DNA of 64,000 nt, from contig NC_042999.1 in NCBI RefSeq assembly GCF_006345805.1, positions 58,714,001 through 58,778,000 on the forward strand, in the 5' to 3' direction. A program made the translations under genes and the position numbers. This document shows positions 12,401 through 25,078 of this stretch, piece by piece; the stretch's first letter is position 1, and every line of letters starts with the position of its first letter. Below the pieces are notes generated by a model that had not been told where the DNA came from, made no database searches, and saw only the letters and a program-made list of their open reading frames with translations. This DNA comes from Octopus sinensis. Lineage: Eukaryota.

Positions 12401-12800
12401 AACCGTTCGTTTAGCAAATCGCCCCCAAACCAAAAAAAAAAAAAAAAAAGAAAAAGAAGAAAATACGTGATTGTAGTAAAAGGAAATCTTGCTCGACAAA
12501 TTTTAAGAGGAGAAATGAATTAAATGAAAATAATTATGTTTACTAGAAGATAAATCTGATTTACGTCTTCACGTGCTGGTGTGTGTAGTTGTGTGTGTGT
12601 ATGTGGGTATGTGTGTGTGCGCGCATATATATATATACACTCACACACAAATATATACATACGTATGTATATATACACATATACGATATGTATACATATA
12701 TATATGTATATATGCATATATTTATAAACGAAGCTGGTAATTTTATTTTAATATATAGGTATATATATGAAATATGCACAAGCATATATATATATGCTTA

Positions 12801-12838
<38 letters not shown>

Positions 12839-13183
12839 AACACTTATACATATGTATAAGTATATAGTTATATACATCTGTGCAAATATACATATATACA
12901 TACATGCACACAGACACAACGGTGCTTTGCTTACGTAGTCAAATGAACAAACACAGGGGCGCGCGCGCACAGACATATATGCATAAGTAAGTATGTATAT
13001 ATGTGTTTATATATATATGTATTATGTGTATAAGTATGTATGTATATATGTGTTTATATATATATATATATATATATATAATGTACACTCTCTAAGTTTG
13101 TAATTGTAATTATAAGTTATTCACATATGTTGTATACCTATTCAAAGCGAGGGTATGTATATATGCCATGTGTAAGTATTGTG

Positions 13184-13420
<237 letters not shown>

Positions 13421-15109
13421 CTTATGTATGTATAAATCTCTACTTATGTATGTATAAATTGATCTGTCTAGCTACCAATTTATATGCGTGTCTATATATC
13501 TGTGCATATATACAGTTGTGCTTATATATGTGTGTTTGCGTGTGTGTATTTGTGTATAAATATTTATAAATACCTACAAACGCACAATCACTCAGACACA
13601 CACACCACACACACAATCACACACACACACACTCACATTTATTGCTACTCTATCACACACAGATATAAACACTTGTTTATTTATAAAAACGCTTTGTAGA
13701 TATTAATGTTTATATCATAGGAATAGAAATATATATTGGTTTTTCAATTAAACTGAGATCATCAAGATAATACATTAATCATTATTATCTTGCTACACTG
13801 AATTTTGAAAAGTGAGAAAATATATAGTTTGCGTCAAAATCTTGTTTTAGTTTACATGTTATCAGTTTTCTCTTTCTCAGAAGTCCTCCTTATCTTCGAT
13901 TAGTTGGTTACTAATCTTTCGACCCATATTCTGAAGAACTAACCTAGCTACTAAATAATATTTAAAACCGTCGAGGGTGTTCTCTTCATAGCCACTTTTA
14001 CTGCTAAAAGTGACAACTAAGTACCCACCCAGATACATGTCAACCGTAGAAGAAAGTGAGTATAACATTTTGGGGTTCTGGGCTGTTCTTTAGTTTTCGA
14101 TATTGAAAAAAAAATTCCATTTATACATAGCAACCAAGGAATATAAAACTGCGTAGATGACTGGAGTTTCTTGGTTATTCCCTCCAATACTACTAATTTC
14201 ATTGCCTTGATAGCCCAAGGGTTACAACAAAAATTTTGCCTTCTGTTTATGGTTGTAAGATGTCAATCCTTACTTGAAGTGAACTCGAAATATAAGACGA
14301 AGGCGTCCATACCACAATCTGTGTCACTGTCTCTTCCCCGACAGCGAGAACCAGTGACAAACCGGGCTTATGTAACTGAAGAAATAAAGTATGATGACGT
14401 GACGACCAATGTATTGCGCTGGGTTCTCATAAGCATGTCCCATACCGACGTTGTTGGATATTGTCATTCTGCTTCTCGAAACTTGACCGATGATGTTTGG
14501 GGATTCTTTCGCATAATCACTGGGAAATTCAGTTTCCTCGTTCGTAGGGTGACAAATCTAAAAGAATTTCACCCAGTATTTAAAACTCATCGGGGAGGTT
14601 CAACCTCGTTCAGCTGGCCTACAAATGCGCTTGTCACTAAACTACCGAAAGCTAACGCTTTCTAATCCACACATGCGAACTGGGTGCCAGATGGAGTCTA
14701 ATACAAATCAGCAATTCTGAAAAGGAATCGCCAGAATTCTTTCTAAAATTATTGCTCCTCCCCAACATTCTATATTTATTTCGATTAGGATTACCTGACG
14801 TTAAACAACGAAATACAATTTGGGGTTGGGTGGGGGATGGGGCGAGAGACATAGGAAAGGCAAACACTTGTTTCTCAGACCTCAGATATTGGGAATGAAT
14901 TATATATTACTACTTGTGTTTCGGGACATAAATCTGCTTGATCAGGGCCATAGCTGCTGTAGTAAACTCCCGGGAAAATCTGTAAAGGCCTTTTATTCTG
15001 ATTGGACGAAATACTATAATGATGTTACTCCAGAGCCAATAACAATGGAATAACATATTCTAAATGTCATGAGAGAGAGCATTGCATATATTTCGAGGTG
15101 CATATAAAT

Positions 15110-15611
15110 CATGGTGCAATGCTAAGCTTGAACAGTTGGAAGTGATAGAAAATACGGTTTTTCAATAAGATGGTACACCTTGTCACTTTGCTCTGTAAGT
15201 TAGGCAGTTTCTAATAATAAATTCCAAAACAGATGGATTGGGAGAGGTAAACCCTTATTTTGGCCTCCACGTTCACCAGATTTGGCTCCATTGGATATCT
15301 TTTTTGGGGGGATATGTGAAAAGTATATTTTATTCAACTAAGCTTCGATCTTTAGAAGACTTGAAAGCAAGGATAACTGATGTGATTGAAGCTGTTACTG
15401 AAAATCAGCTGGAAAAGCGTTTCCCGAGAACTGCAGAATCGTCTTTCTCTTTGTATTAGTAATGATGGTGGGTATGTTGAAAATTTATGTGATGACTAAA
15501 AAAATTTCGGTCATTCTGCTTTCTTATCCCCTTTACAGGTTAATTCTATCGTGTATAGTTAGGAAGATACAAGTATTTTAAATTTCATCATGACTTAATG
15601 GACACCCTGTA
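15110..15611 (+). mobile_element. Tc1/mariner superfamily transposase 3' remnant (DD37D-like) with terminal TIR
   Basis: Hand translation: FQ*DGTPCHFAL*VRQFL...RWIGRGKPLFWPPRSPDLAPLDIFFGGYVKSIFY. Ends in ggacaccctgTA. Confidence 0.8.
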
Positions 15612-15613
15612 CA

Positions 15614-15644
<31 letters not shown>

Positions 15645-16784
15645 AAGTACATTGATATACGACTATACACTATCTGGTTAGTTTACTATATACATTTATA
15701 ATAGGTATATATAAATATATAACATAGAATTCATTGAAATTCTGCCACGAGTGAAAAAAAAAAAGACGCAGACAGTAATTGTTTAGCAATTTATTTAAAA
15801 GTTTGTTGACAACCGATTAAAATTTGTAATAAATGACTAAGTATTGAATGTTATCATTATAGAGATTTTAAAGTTAGTAATTTATTTGTTTAATAACTTC
15901 TAATTTAGATACCTAGCGAGCAAATTTGTTTGGAGGGTACTAGTCGATTAAATCGACATCAAAATTGGTACTTATACTTATTTTATAGATTCGTTGAAGA
16001 AAAATAATTGGTCACGGAATGATTTGAACTGAGAATGTACAAGGATGGAAGTGGATACTACGCGGTATTTTCTTCGGCGCTATAACAATTCTGCAAACTC
16101 ATTGCCTTCGGGGACTGTAAAAATAATAAAAGATTAAGATTTATATAGGAAATAGAATTATTTTCTGAATTAGCTAACTCGAATGTGCCCGATTCGATTG
16201 CACTACACGCCACGGTCCCCATATAACGTTCGAGAGGTCAGCAACGGTATAGCGTACTGGATTTTTGTTGAATCATCAGCTCGTGTATGTCTCAGTTGGG
16301 GTTTCCATTGGAGTGTATCGCGAATGATTTATGTTTTTGGTTTAGCTCTTTAACAATATCCTGCAAAGAACTCGCGTCTTTCTCTAATGATACCAGTAAT
16401 TATGAGAAGACTACTATGCATTCTTTGGTTGATCTTAGTTTTTTTCCAGGAGTTATTCAGAAGGTCGTATAACACATCAAGCATTGCATCTACGGGTTTC
16501 GTGGAATCGTACAATAGCATTTTATTCTAAAGTGGCAAGTAAAAAGCTTATCTGAATATCATCAGGTAGGAATGACTTTTAGATAAGACTGGTATCATCA
16601 GAGAAAAGCCCATTTTCCGCAGATTAACTGTCTTTATATACTTTTCGGTAGACGAGAAGTTATTTCCTAAGTATACGAAGATGCTTACGGACAGGAGACC
16701 ATTTTGATTAATAATATTTACTTTGAGGCATTGATATAAATACTAATATCTTCTACCTTTAAGGCACACCAATTAAATACCTAG

Positions 16785-16935
16785 CAACATTTGGTCTGTT
16801 TTTCCGTTCTGAGCTCATATTCCGCGAGGCCGAGTTTGACTTTCGTCTTTCCGAGGTCGAAAAAATAAGTACCAGTTGAGTACTGAGGTCGACCTAATCG
16901 ACTTAGCCTCTCCCTCGAAATTGCTGGCCTTGTGC
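16785..16935 (-). mobile_element. SINE family B fragment inside the RTE remnant
   Basis: The plus strand reads cgttctgagctcatattccgcgaggccgagtttgactttcgtc...aaataagtaccagttgagtactgaggtcgac, matching family B. Orientation is uncertain. Confidence 0.6.
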
Positions 16936-17289
16936 CAGAAGTTGAGACCAGTGTCTTCTGCCTTTCAAAGGTCATGTAAAAGGGTAACAGCTTCTGAATG
17001 ATGGCTGTTATGAGAGTGAGATCATCAGCGTAATATGCGTCCGTTGTGGTCTTCTTCTTCTTCTTCTTCTTCTTCTTCCAATCAGGACTCACGCCATTAG
17101 CCACAAAAAATAATCTCTAATTCTAGCCTTCTCTAAGCTACTAAGAATGCGTGTGGCAACTTGAAGATCCACCCACTACACACGATAGACTAGCGATTGC
17201 ACGGGCGCGAAAGCTACGTTGTTATCCTCGTTGTTACCCCATCCTGAGGTACAGAGCATTCGCAATCTAGACTAGAGTCTGAAAGTTTA

Positions 17290-17525
17290 CCACACCATAG
17301 TGGGTTACACCATGGTCCTCTGCTTTGTGGCAGAAGTAGGAAGAAAGAGTGAGAGAAAGTTGTGGTGAGAGACTACAGCGGGGTTCACTACCCACCCCCG
17401 CCAGAGCCTCGTGGAGCTTAGGTCTTTTTTGCTCAATCTGCACTCACAATGCCCGGTCTGGGAATCGAAACCGCGTTCTTACAACCGCGAGTTCGCTGTC
17501 CTAAATACTGGGCCATTGCGCCTCC
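17290..17525 (-). mobile_element. tRNA-head SINE family C
   Basis: Reverse head tggaggcgcaatggcccagtatttaggacagcgaactcgcggttgtaagaacgcggtttcgattcccagacc; same head as 34030-34432 and 56340. Confidence 0.75.
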
Positions 17526-17924
17526 ACTCCGTTGTGGTTGCGTGATGAGAGAAGGTGGATTCCATTACAGTGAAACCGGGTTCATTATTTTTGTTATTTG
17601 ATATGAGAAGAACAATCAAGACAAGTGATAAATAGGAAGGCTGCGTACGTATCATTTTGATAGACACTAGCATCGGTGTCGATGGCATTGGTATTTCCTT
17701 CAGATCATCGTACGCTAGCTCTTCAGCTCTTAATGAGCATTAGATAGTGCTGCTACTACTTTTTCAGTCACTCTATACGTACGAGTCATGGCGCAGTTTT
17801 GCTTCGATGGAGAGAGTTCAAAGCTTTTGAGAAGGAATCATGTTCGATGATTTTTCTGATTGTTAATAACAGTGAAGCTGTAGACTGATTTTTCTAAACT
17901 CTTTTTACATTTCCCGACTTCTGG

Positions 17925-18210
17925 CAGAATCATTTGCTCGTTCCTCGAAATGCTTATCTGTATTTCATCGGTCTTTACGTTCCGAGTTCAAATTCTGCCG
18001 AGGTCGACTTTGCTTTTCATCCTTTCGGGGTAGAATCGGTAGCACACCGGACATAGCAGAATTGTTAGCACACCACTTAGTGGTATATCACCCCTCTTTA
18101 CGTTCTGATTTGAAATACCACCGGGTCAACTTTCATCCTTTGGGGTGGGTAAAATAAGTACCAACGGAGCCTTTGGGGTCTATGTAAGCGATTTACCCGC
18201 TTCCTCGAAA
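17925..18210 (+). mobile_element. Two adjacent SINE family B fragments
   Basis: gagttcaaattctgccgaggtcgactttgcttttcatcctttcgggg, followed by a second, more degenerate copy. Confidence 0.65.
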
Positions 18211-18505
18211 TTTCGGAATTTTATAGAATTTTATACCGCTTCGGAAGCGGTATAAAACGAAGCAAGCGGTTTCTGACGAACCGAATAAGAAATAAAACAA
18301 GTCAGTTCGATTCTCGACAGTTAATGCTGAAATCTGTGTGGCCCATCTACAGATTCTATTTTTACAGCGAGACAATATATATTTTACTAAAGATATTGTA
18401 TATGTCTACATATTTGTTCGTAACCATTTTGTTTTAGTACTCACACACAAATGTCAATATCAATATAAATATATGTATATATATATATATGCATACATGT
18501 ATTCG

Positions 18506-18553
<48 letters not shown>

Positions 18554-18884
18554 TGTGTATACGCACACGTAGAAAAGTAACCCCAGACAAAATCAATGAT
18601 GACTTGGCACAAACATCATACTTTCTCTGTTTTAGTTGTTCATGCTTAGCCCTACCACACATGACTAAGCGAAGCACTAAGGATGTGTCTGATAGGAAGA
18701 GAGAGAGAGAGATAAAGAGATAGACTTAGAGCTGTATTAGCCCATGAATTCTACATTCTTTGTAGACCCAAACAGTTAAAATGCAAAGTTGACTTCAGCT
18801 GGATTAGAACATATAGCATAGTGAGGCGGAACAAATATATCTCTCTGCATATCATCCGATCCTCCAACCACTTTATCAGTCGAC

Positions 18885-18886
18885 TA

Positions 18887-18966
<80 letters not shown>

Positions 18967-19005
18967 CTCTATCTATCTCTATCTGTGTGTGTGTGTGTGT
19001 GTGTG
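18885..19005. repeat. (TCTA)n plus (TG)n microsatellite
   Basis: Read directly from the sequence. Confidence 0.95.
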
Positions 19006-20177
19006 TTCATGGATGTGTGAGTGATAGTGTTAGTGAATATGTCAGCCTGTAGATTTAATTAGAGAATTTCTCAGTGACGAAGTGTATTTTACGTGTCGGA
19101 GTATATTAATTGCTAGCTATTCAACGCTCTCTTTATATTCTATGTTTTCACATCATTGTTCGCTTTGTAAGCATTGAAAAAAATGTGATGTTTTGTAAGT
19201 ATTGAATATGTGACACTCTTGAAGTGCAAGTCCAGATGTTGACCTGGCAGCAAAGCCACATACTTTCTCATCGATTTTCTGATTTCTTAGCTTATTAAAT
19301 CTGCCTGTCACAATGGAATCGTACATATGTCTGTAGGGTTTTCTAACATGAAGATGAAGCGTATCTATTCTCTAAATCGAGCCGTAATTGCTTCGGCAGT
19401 GTTTATTTGGTTTAACGTTACTTGTCTCCATTTATTTGTTCTATGTCTCATCTTTTTTCCCTTTTAACGCACGATCTAGGAATGTCATTTAAGTAAATCT
19501 TATCCATACTTTAGTCTCATGAAATAATGCACCAGGAATTGCCCTGATGTCTGTCTGTTTGTCTGTCATTTCTGTCATTTTTTAAAATATATATGTATAG
19601 GTATATATGTATAATATATATGCAGAGAGACAGAGAGAGAAAGGGAAAGAGTGAAAAAAAGAAAGACAAGAGGGAGAGAGAGAGCGCTGTCCTGTATTAT
19701 CTAAATATCACCAATAATATATTTGTTAATCATTCGACTAAGAATCTTTAATTAATATCACTATAGATAATTTTTCTCACGACTCAAACGCTATCTGTCC
19801 ATTTCATAACCCCTCCATCTTTACACACACACACGCACACATATATATATATACACACATACATATAATTGTATATCGTGTGGGTGTATGTGTGCGTATG
19901 TATATGCGTGTGTATGTGGGTGGATGTGTGTAATGAGACTGGGAGAAGAAAAAATTCAATAGCTTCCCTAGAGAGCTGATATATTTATTATAATGGAGAA
20001 GATAAATATTAATTTTTGGTTATCTATGTCCTGAAAACAACGTTCTTTAAATGGACGTGCCTCGAGTGAATGTTACTCGTCCGCATACACATACATATAA
20101 AATGCATTCAAACACACACATAAACATGCCATCATTCATGCATACATACACTCACACAACAATTTGACCACAGTTTT

Positions 20178-20778
20178 TTATTTCTTTAGTACCCACAAGG
20201 GGCTAAACACAGAGGAGACAAACAAGGACAGACAAACGGATTATGTCGATTACATCGACCCTAGTGAATAACAGGTACTTAATTTATCGACCACCGAAAG
20301 GATGAAAGGCAAAGTCGACCTCGGCGGAATTTGAACTCAGAACGCAACGGCAGACGAAATACCTATTTCTTTACTACCCACAAGGGGTTAAACACAGAGG
20401 AGACAAAGAAGGACACACAAACGGATTAAGTCGATTATATCGACCCCAGTTCGTAACTGGTACTTATTTAATCGACCCCGAAAGGATAAAAGGCAAAGTC
20501 GACCGCGGCGGAATTTGAACTCAGAACGTAGCGGCAGACGAAATACCTATTTCTTTACCACCCACAAGGAGCTAAACACAAAGAGGACAAACAAGGACAG
20601 ACAAACGGATTAAGTCAATTAGATCGACCCCATTGCCTAACTGGTCCTTAATTTATCGACCCCGAAAGGATGAAAGGCAAAGTCGACCTCGGCTGAATTT
20701 GAACTCAGAACGTAGCGGCAGACGAAATACCGCTAAGCATTTTCCGCCCGGCATGCTAACGTTTCTGCCAGCTCGCCA
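20178..20778 (-). mobile_element. Head-to-tail trimer of SINE family B (period about 185 bp)
   Basis: acccacaagg at 20191, 20376 and 20560. Only the last unit carries the tRNA head (ctgccagctcgcc). ccacagttt flanks both ends. Confidence 0.9.
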
Positions 20779-21024
20779 CAGTTTCTTTTAAGTTTTACGA
20801 AACCCCCCGCCCCTGCCGCCTCATGATTTGGTCTCTTGCAAAAATGAAGTACCATGACGCATCTGTATGAATATTGCAACACAAAAGGACGTATTGCAAT
20901 TTCAATCCTTTCAGACTAGACAGTTGTTACAAGCAACTAGTAATTCCAATTTAGGTGACTTACAGTTACAGGCTCTTGTAGCCATTGCAGTGTTTACAAA
21001 ATACAAGTTTTTGCAGCTTATTTA

Positions 21025-21293
21025 CTTATTTGTTTCAGTCATTTGACAGCGCCCATGCTGGAGCAGCGCCTTTAATCGAACAAATCGACCCCAGGACTTA
21101 TTCTTTGTAAGCCTAGTACTTATTCTATCGGTACCTTTTTCCGAACCGCTAAGTTACGGGGACGTAAACACACCAACGTTGGTTGTCAAGCGATGGTGGG
21201 CGGACAAGCACACACACACATACACACACACATTTATATATATATTTTTTCTGTAGTTTCAGCTCAGAGCTGCGGCCATGGAGATCACCGCCG

Positions 21294-21330
<37 letters not shown>

Positions 21331-21500
21331 CACGACCGGGTTTCTTTCAGTTTCCGTCTACCAAATCCACTCAGAAGGCTTTGCTCGACCCGATGTTATA
21401 GTAGAAGACACTTGCCCATGGTGCCACACAGTGGGACTGAACCCGGAACCATATGGTTGGCAAGCAAGCTACTCACGACACAGCCACTCCTGCGCCTATG
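21025..21500 (-). mobile_element. SINE family A with a short CAGCTCTGAGCTG-tailed insert in its microsatellite
   Basis: Tail at 21025-21090, head at 21330-21500, insert at about 21253-21295. Confidence 0.8.
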
Positions 21501-22603
21501 GTGACTCATAATTTGACTTCCGTTATATTATCAGAATCTCCATTTCGAATGTATATCTTCATATATAACTACGCTTAAAAGAGTTTCGTTCATTGCCGAA
21601 TATCCGAAGAAATAAATCATTTCTGCCGGCCTCACTAAACTATGAAGCTTGTTTATTTTCTCTTTTTATTCTTGTAGCTCGAAGAAATGTAATTCAAATA
21701 TGAAAAAAAAAAAAAGAAAAGAAAAAAAATCAATCTGCATAACTTTTTATTCATTAATTATTTGGTATAGGCCATTTATAAACGTTTGCATTAGAATGAT
21801 GAATTTCTACAAACTTATTTATGTATCTTGCTCTCTTATCAATGTCGACGCATTGAAACATTTTCTCTTATTGTATTAGTTTCTTGTACAAATTGGCATT
21901 AATGTCTACTCTACAAACACTTCTGTTTCATATATATAAATAACAGTAGCCGCTTTTAATTTAAACTGATCTGCATTTTTATATAAATTCCTGTAATAAT
22001 TATCGCACTACTGCGACTATATGTTGAAAATGTGTGAAATTTAGAAGTATATTTATGCAGATATATATTTACATAGACAAATCTAATACGTAATTCTTGT
22101 TTCTGTGCAACAATTCAAACGTTATTTTTTTTATAGACAGGTTCACTGCACACAATGTTAGTTAAAACTTACAATAGTACACTGTAGCTTACCTGCATAC
22201 ACATGCATACATACATACATACACGCACACAGACACACACGCAATAAATATAAACATATACGTACACTCAAACAAACACATATACATACAGCCACACTTG
22301 TTTATGTATAACGAGAAGAGTGGAACAAATGCAGTTCTAAGGTAAAGCACGTTTGTATTAACAATTTCTGCTGAGACTGGGTTGTTAATCTCGTATGCAA
22401 CCTGAGTGAGACATATGGTAGAGTATGATAAGATTATCTAGACAAGATACCAAATCTGACGTAGTGTTCAATTTTATCTGCTGCGTAGTATTAAAGTATA
22501 TCTAGGCTTAATTTCTGTTTAGTTGTTATTATGCTTACTGAAAATACATGGTTTACACACACATATATGATGTAAATATTCATATATATGCACACAGGTA
22601 TAT

Positions 22604-22647
<44 letters not shown>

Positions 22648-22650
<3 letters not shown>

Positions 22651-22757
22651 AACTCCATTCTTCATGAAGTGCCACATATTAGAGGAGGCTACTGGTAATA
22701 ACAGTGTAGCGCAAACGGTGATGCATCAGCACGGCCGCAGCTCTGAGCTGAAACTTT
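22648..22757 (+). mobile_element. Short 3' end of a CR1-tail-like element inserted in (TA)n
   Basis: Ends cggtgatgcatcagcacggccgcagctctgagctgaaact, homologous to the CR1/SINE tail. Confidence 0.55.
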
Positions 22758-22779
22758 AAAAAAAATGATATATATTATA

Positions 22780-23187
22780 TATATATATATATTATATATA
22801 CTATATATGCATATTATAAATACGTATATATATTTATATGTATGTATATATATATGTATATATGCATGTATATGTATGTATGTATGTATATATACGTATA
22901 TATATATATATATATATATGTAAGTATATATACGTATATATATATATATATGTATATGTATGTATATATATGTATATGTATGTATGTATGTATGTATGTA
23001 TATATACGTATATATATATATGTATTTGTAAGTATATATGCGTATATATATATATATATGTATATATATGTATTTGTAAGTATATATGCGTATATATATG
23101 TATATATATATGTATATGTATGTATATATGCGTATATATATATATATATTTGTATATACATATATATATATACATACATATATATAT
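22780..23187. repeat. Compound (TA)/(TATG) microsatellite
   Basis: Read directly from the sequence. Confidence 0.95.
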
Positions 23188-23705
23188 AAGTATATTTGCC
23201 ACCTAAATATGGCTAACCGCTAAGGGTGGATGTTACTGTAGCTTGTAGCCCCAAGAGAACATCTTCTCCAGCTGGCTATTGACACACTTTCTGTGCCCTA
23301 TTGACAGGTCATCAGCGCACGAAACTCTATACCTCGTTCAGAGATTTATCATTGCTTGTATACACTTTTTCAAGATCAATAACGAAAAGTTTCTGGAAAA
23401 AAGATGTATTTGCATTGGGACCCTTCCCTCGAAAACTGGTGATTGTCGTGCGCTGATGACGAGTCAATACGCAGAAACTGCAGATCGTGCATATCACTTA
23501 GGTTGACGAGGGAAGGATGACCTCCCTTTGCAAATACCGATAGGGCACAGAAAGTGTGCCAATAGCCAGCTGGAGTAGATGTTCTCCTGGGCTACAAGCT
23601 ACAGTAACATCCACCCTTAGTGGTTAGCCATATATAGATAGCAAATATACTTCACATTATCGTGCAGTTACTGTCTATACCTCGTTCAGAGATTTATTAT
23701 TGTAA
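23188..23705 (+). mobile_element. Retrozyme-like / Penelope-derived element: about 348-bp monomer with direct repeat plus an inverted partial copy at the 5' end
   Basis: ctatacctcgttcagagattta at 23327 and 23675. Segment 23188-23301 is the reverse complement of 23540-23652. Homologous to 43215-43614. Confidence 0.75.
23448..23490 (+). ncRNA. Type I hammerhead with mutated cleavage triplet (probably inactive)
   Basis: GUGCG CUGAUGA cgagucaauacgca GAAAC ugca GAU CGUGC. The sister copy has GUC where this copy has GAU. Confidence 0.6.
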
Positions 23706-23788
23706 GTATATATATGCGTATAAATATATGTATATGTATGTATGTCTATATGTATTTATATATGTATATATATTTATGTATGTATATA

Positions 23789-25076
23789 CAGTGGTTAGAC
23801 AAAATAATGGAAACACCTTCAAATTTCAAATAAATTCATTCTAACATGGCGTAGGACCGCCTTTGGCAGTAATTACAGTTTTAATTCTACGAGGTATGAA
23901 CTAGTACAAAGTCTCCAAAGGAAGTTTTGTCTCTGCTTCAGCTAAAACAGTCGGCAGTTGTTGTATTGATGATGGTGGAATTTATCGACTCATTACTGGG
24001 TTTCAATGTTCAATAATATTGAGATCTTTGGACTGTTGTGTCTAAATAAGATCTTCATGCCTTTCAGTAACAACTTTAGCTGTGTGAATTGGTGCATTAT
24101 CATCCTAAAATATTGCGTTTCCCTCCTGAAACAGTAACGCAACCAGAAGCTATGAAATTGATCATATAAAAGCTTAAATAGTATTGACTATTAATTCTGC
24201 CATGAAGGGAAACCATTGGGCTGCGGATATCCAAGTTATAACCCCCTCCCCCAAGATCTTCACAGATCCTACTCCATGTTTAACAGTTGGAAGAAGGTAG
24301 TCTGGGTCAAATTCTTGTTTTGGCTGTCTCCACACGTACACTTGGCCGGTGGTCGGAAATATGGTACAGGATGACTCATCCGAGAACAAAAAACATTCTT
24401 CCATTGCTCTAGGGACCGAGTCTGTAGGTTTTTACTCCACTATAAACGCGTTGCAACATTTGTTTTTGAATGTAGTGGTTTTCTGATTGCAGCCCTCCCG
24501 TGAAATCCGGCATTATGCAGCTCCCAGCGAACATTTTTTGTGGAAATTGGGTTACGAGGTGGTCATTAAGCTCTGCAGGAATTTTGGGAGCTGTACTTTT
24601 GTGATTTTTTTCTAAGAATTCACATAAGATTCTGACGGTCCCTATCTGAAAATTTTTGTTTTCTTCCGGAGTTTTGTTTCGACGAGGAGGTTTTCCTCTC
24701 TTTCTCAAAGGATGTCATTAATTTCGAAACCGTACACCAAACCAGTTGATTGTTTTCATTACGCTAGCGTCAGCCATACGAGCAACACAAATTTGAATTT
24801 TTTGAAAGTCCGCCAGATCTGGTATATTAATGTATTTTAATTACCCTTTGCTGAGAATATCTGAAAAGAAATAACAGTTTTAGCAAAATATATTGCGCAA
24901 CACTAATATTAAATAAAAAAAAAAGAATAAACAAGCGGTAGTGCCCCAGAATGGCCGCGGCCTTCGGGCTAAAACATTTAAAGGATTTAAGGATTTAAGC
25001 TTTTCACGGTTTTATAGATATTTCAAAATTATGATGCTATGATGCTAGGCGTTTCGATTATTTTGTCCAACCCCTG
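23789..25076 (-). mobile_element. Full-length but decayed Tc1-like transposon
   Basis: TIRs cagtggttagacaaaataatggaaacacct and aggcgtttcgattattttgtccaacccctg, with TA flanks. ORF 24174-24404 reads FSDESSCTIFPTTGQVYVWRQPKQEFDPDYLLPTVKHGVGSV, a Tc1 catalytic region. Confidence 0.92.
24930..24998 (+). mobile_element. Short retro-tail insertion inside the Tc1 element
   Basis: gcggtagtgccccagaatggccgcggccttcgggctaaaacattt followed by (aaggattt)n. Confidence 0.55.
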
Positions 25077-25078
25077 TA

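Larger units (their letters stand above)
16150..17920 (-). pseudogene. Decayed RTE-clade LINE (RT and C-terminal region) interrupted by two SINEs and a (CTT)n tract
   Basis: FSKALNSLHR (about 17820), DTYAAFLFITCLD (about 17640), YYADDLTL (about 17030, ORF 16781-17104), FVYLGNNFSS (about 16670), and a W.P-like motif near 16290. Confidence 0.7.

Noticed and set aside
12092-12523. 143-aa ORF with poly-Ala, Pro, Asp and Lys runs
   Set aside because: Built from compound trinucleotide and poly-A tracts; no domain and no convincing splice context.
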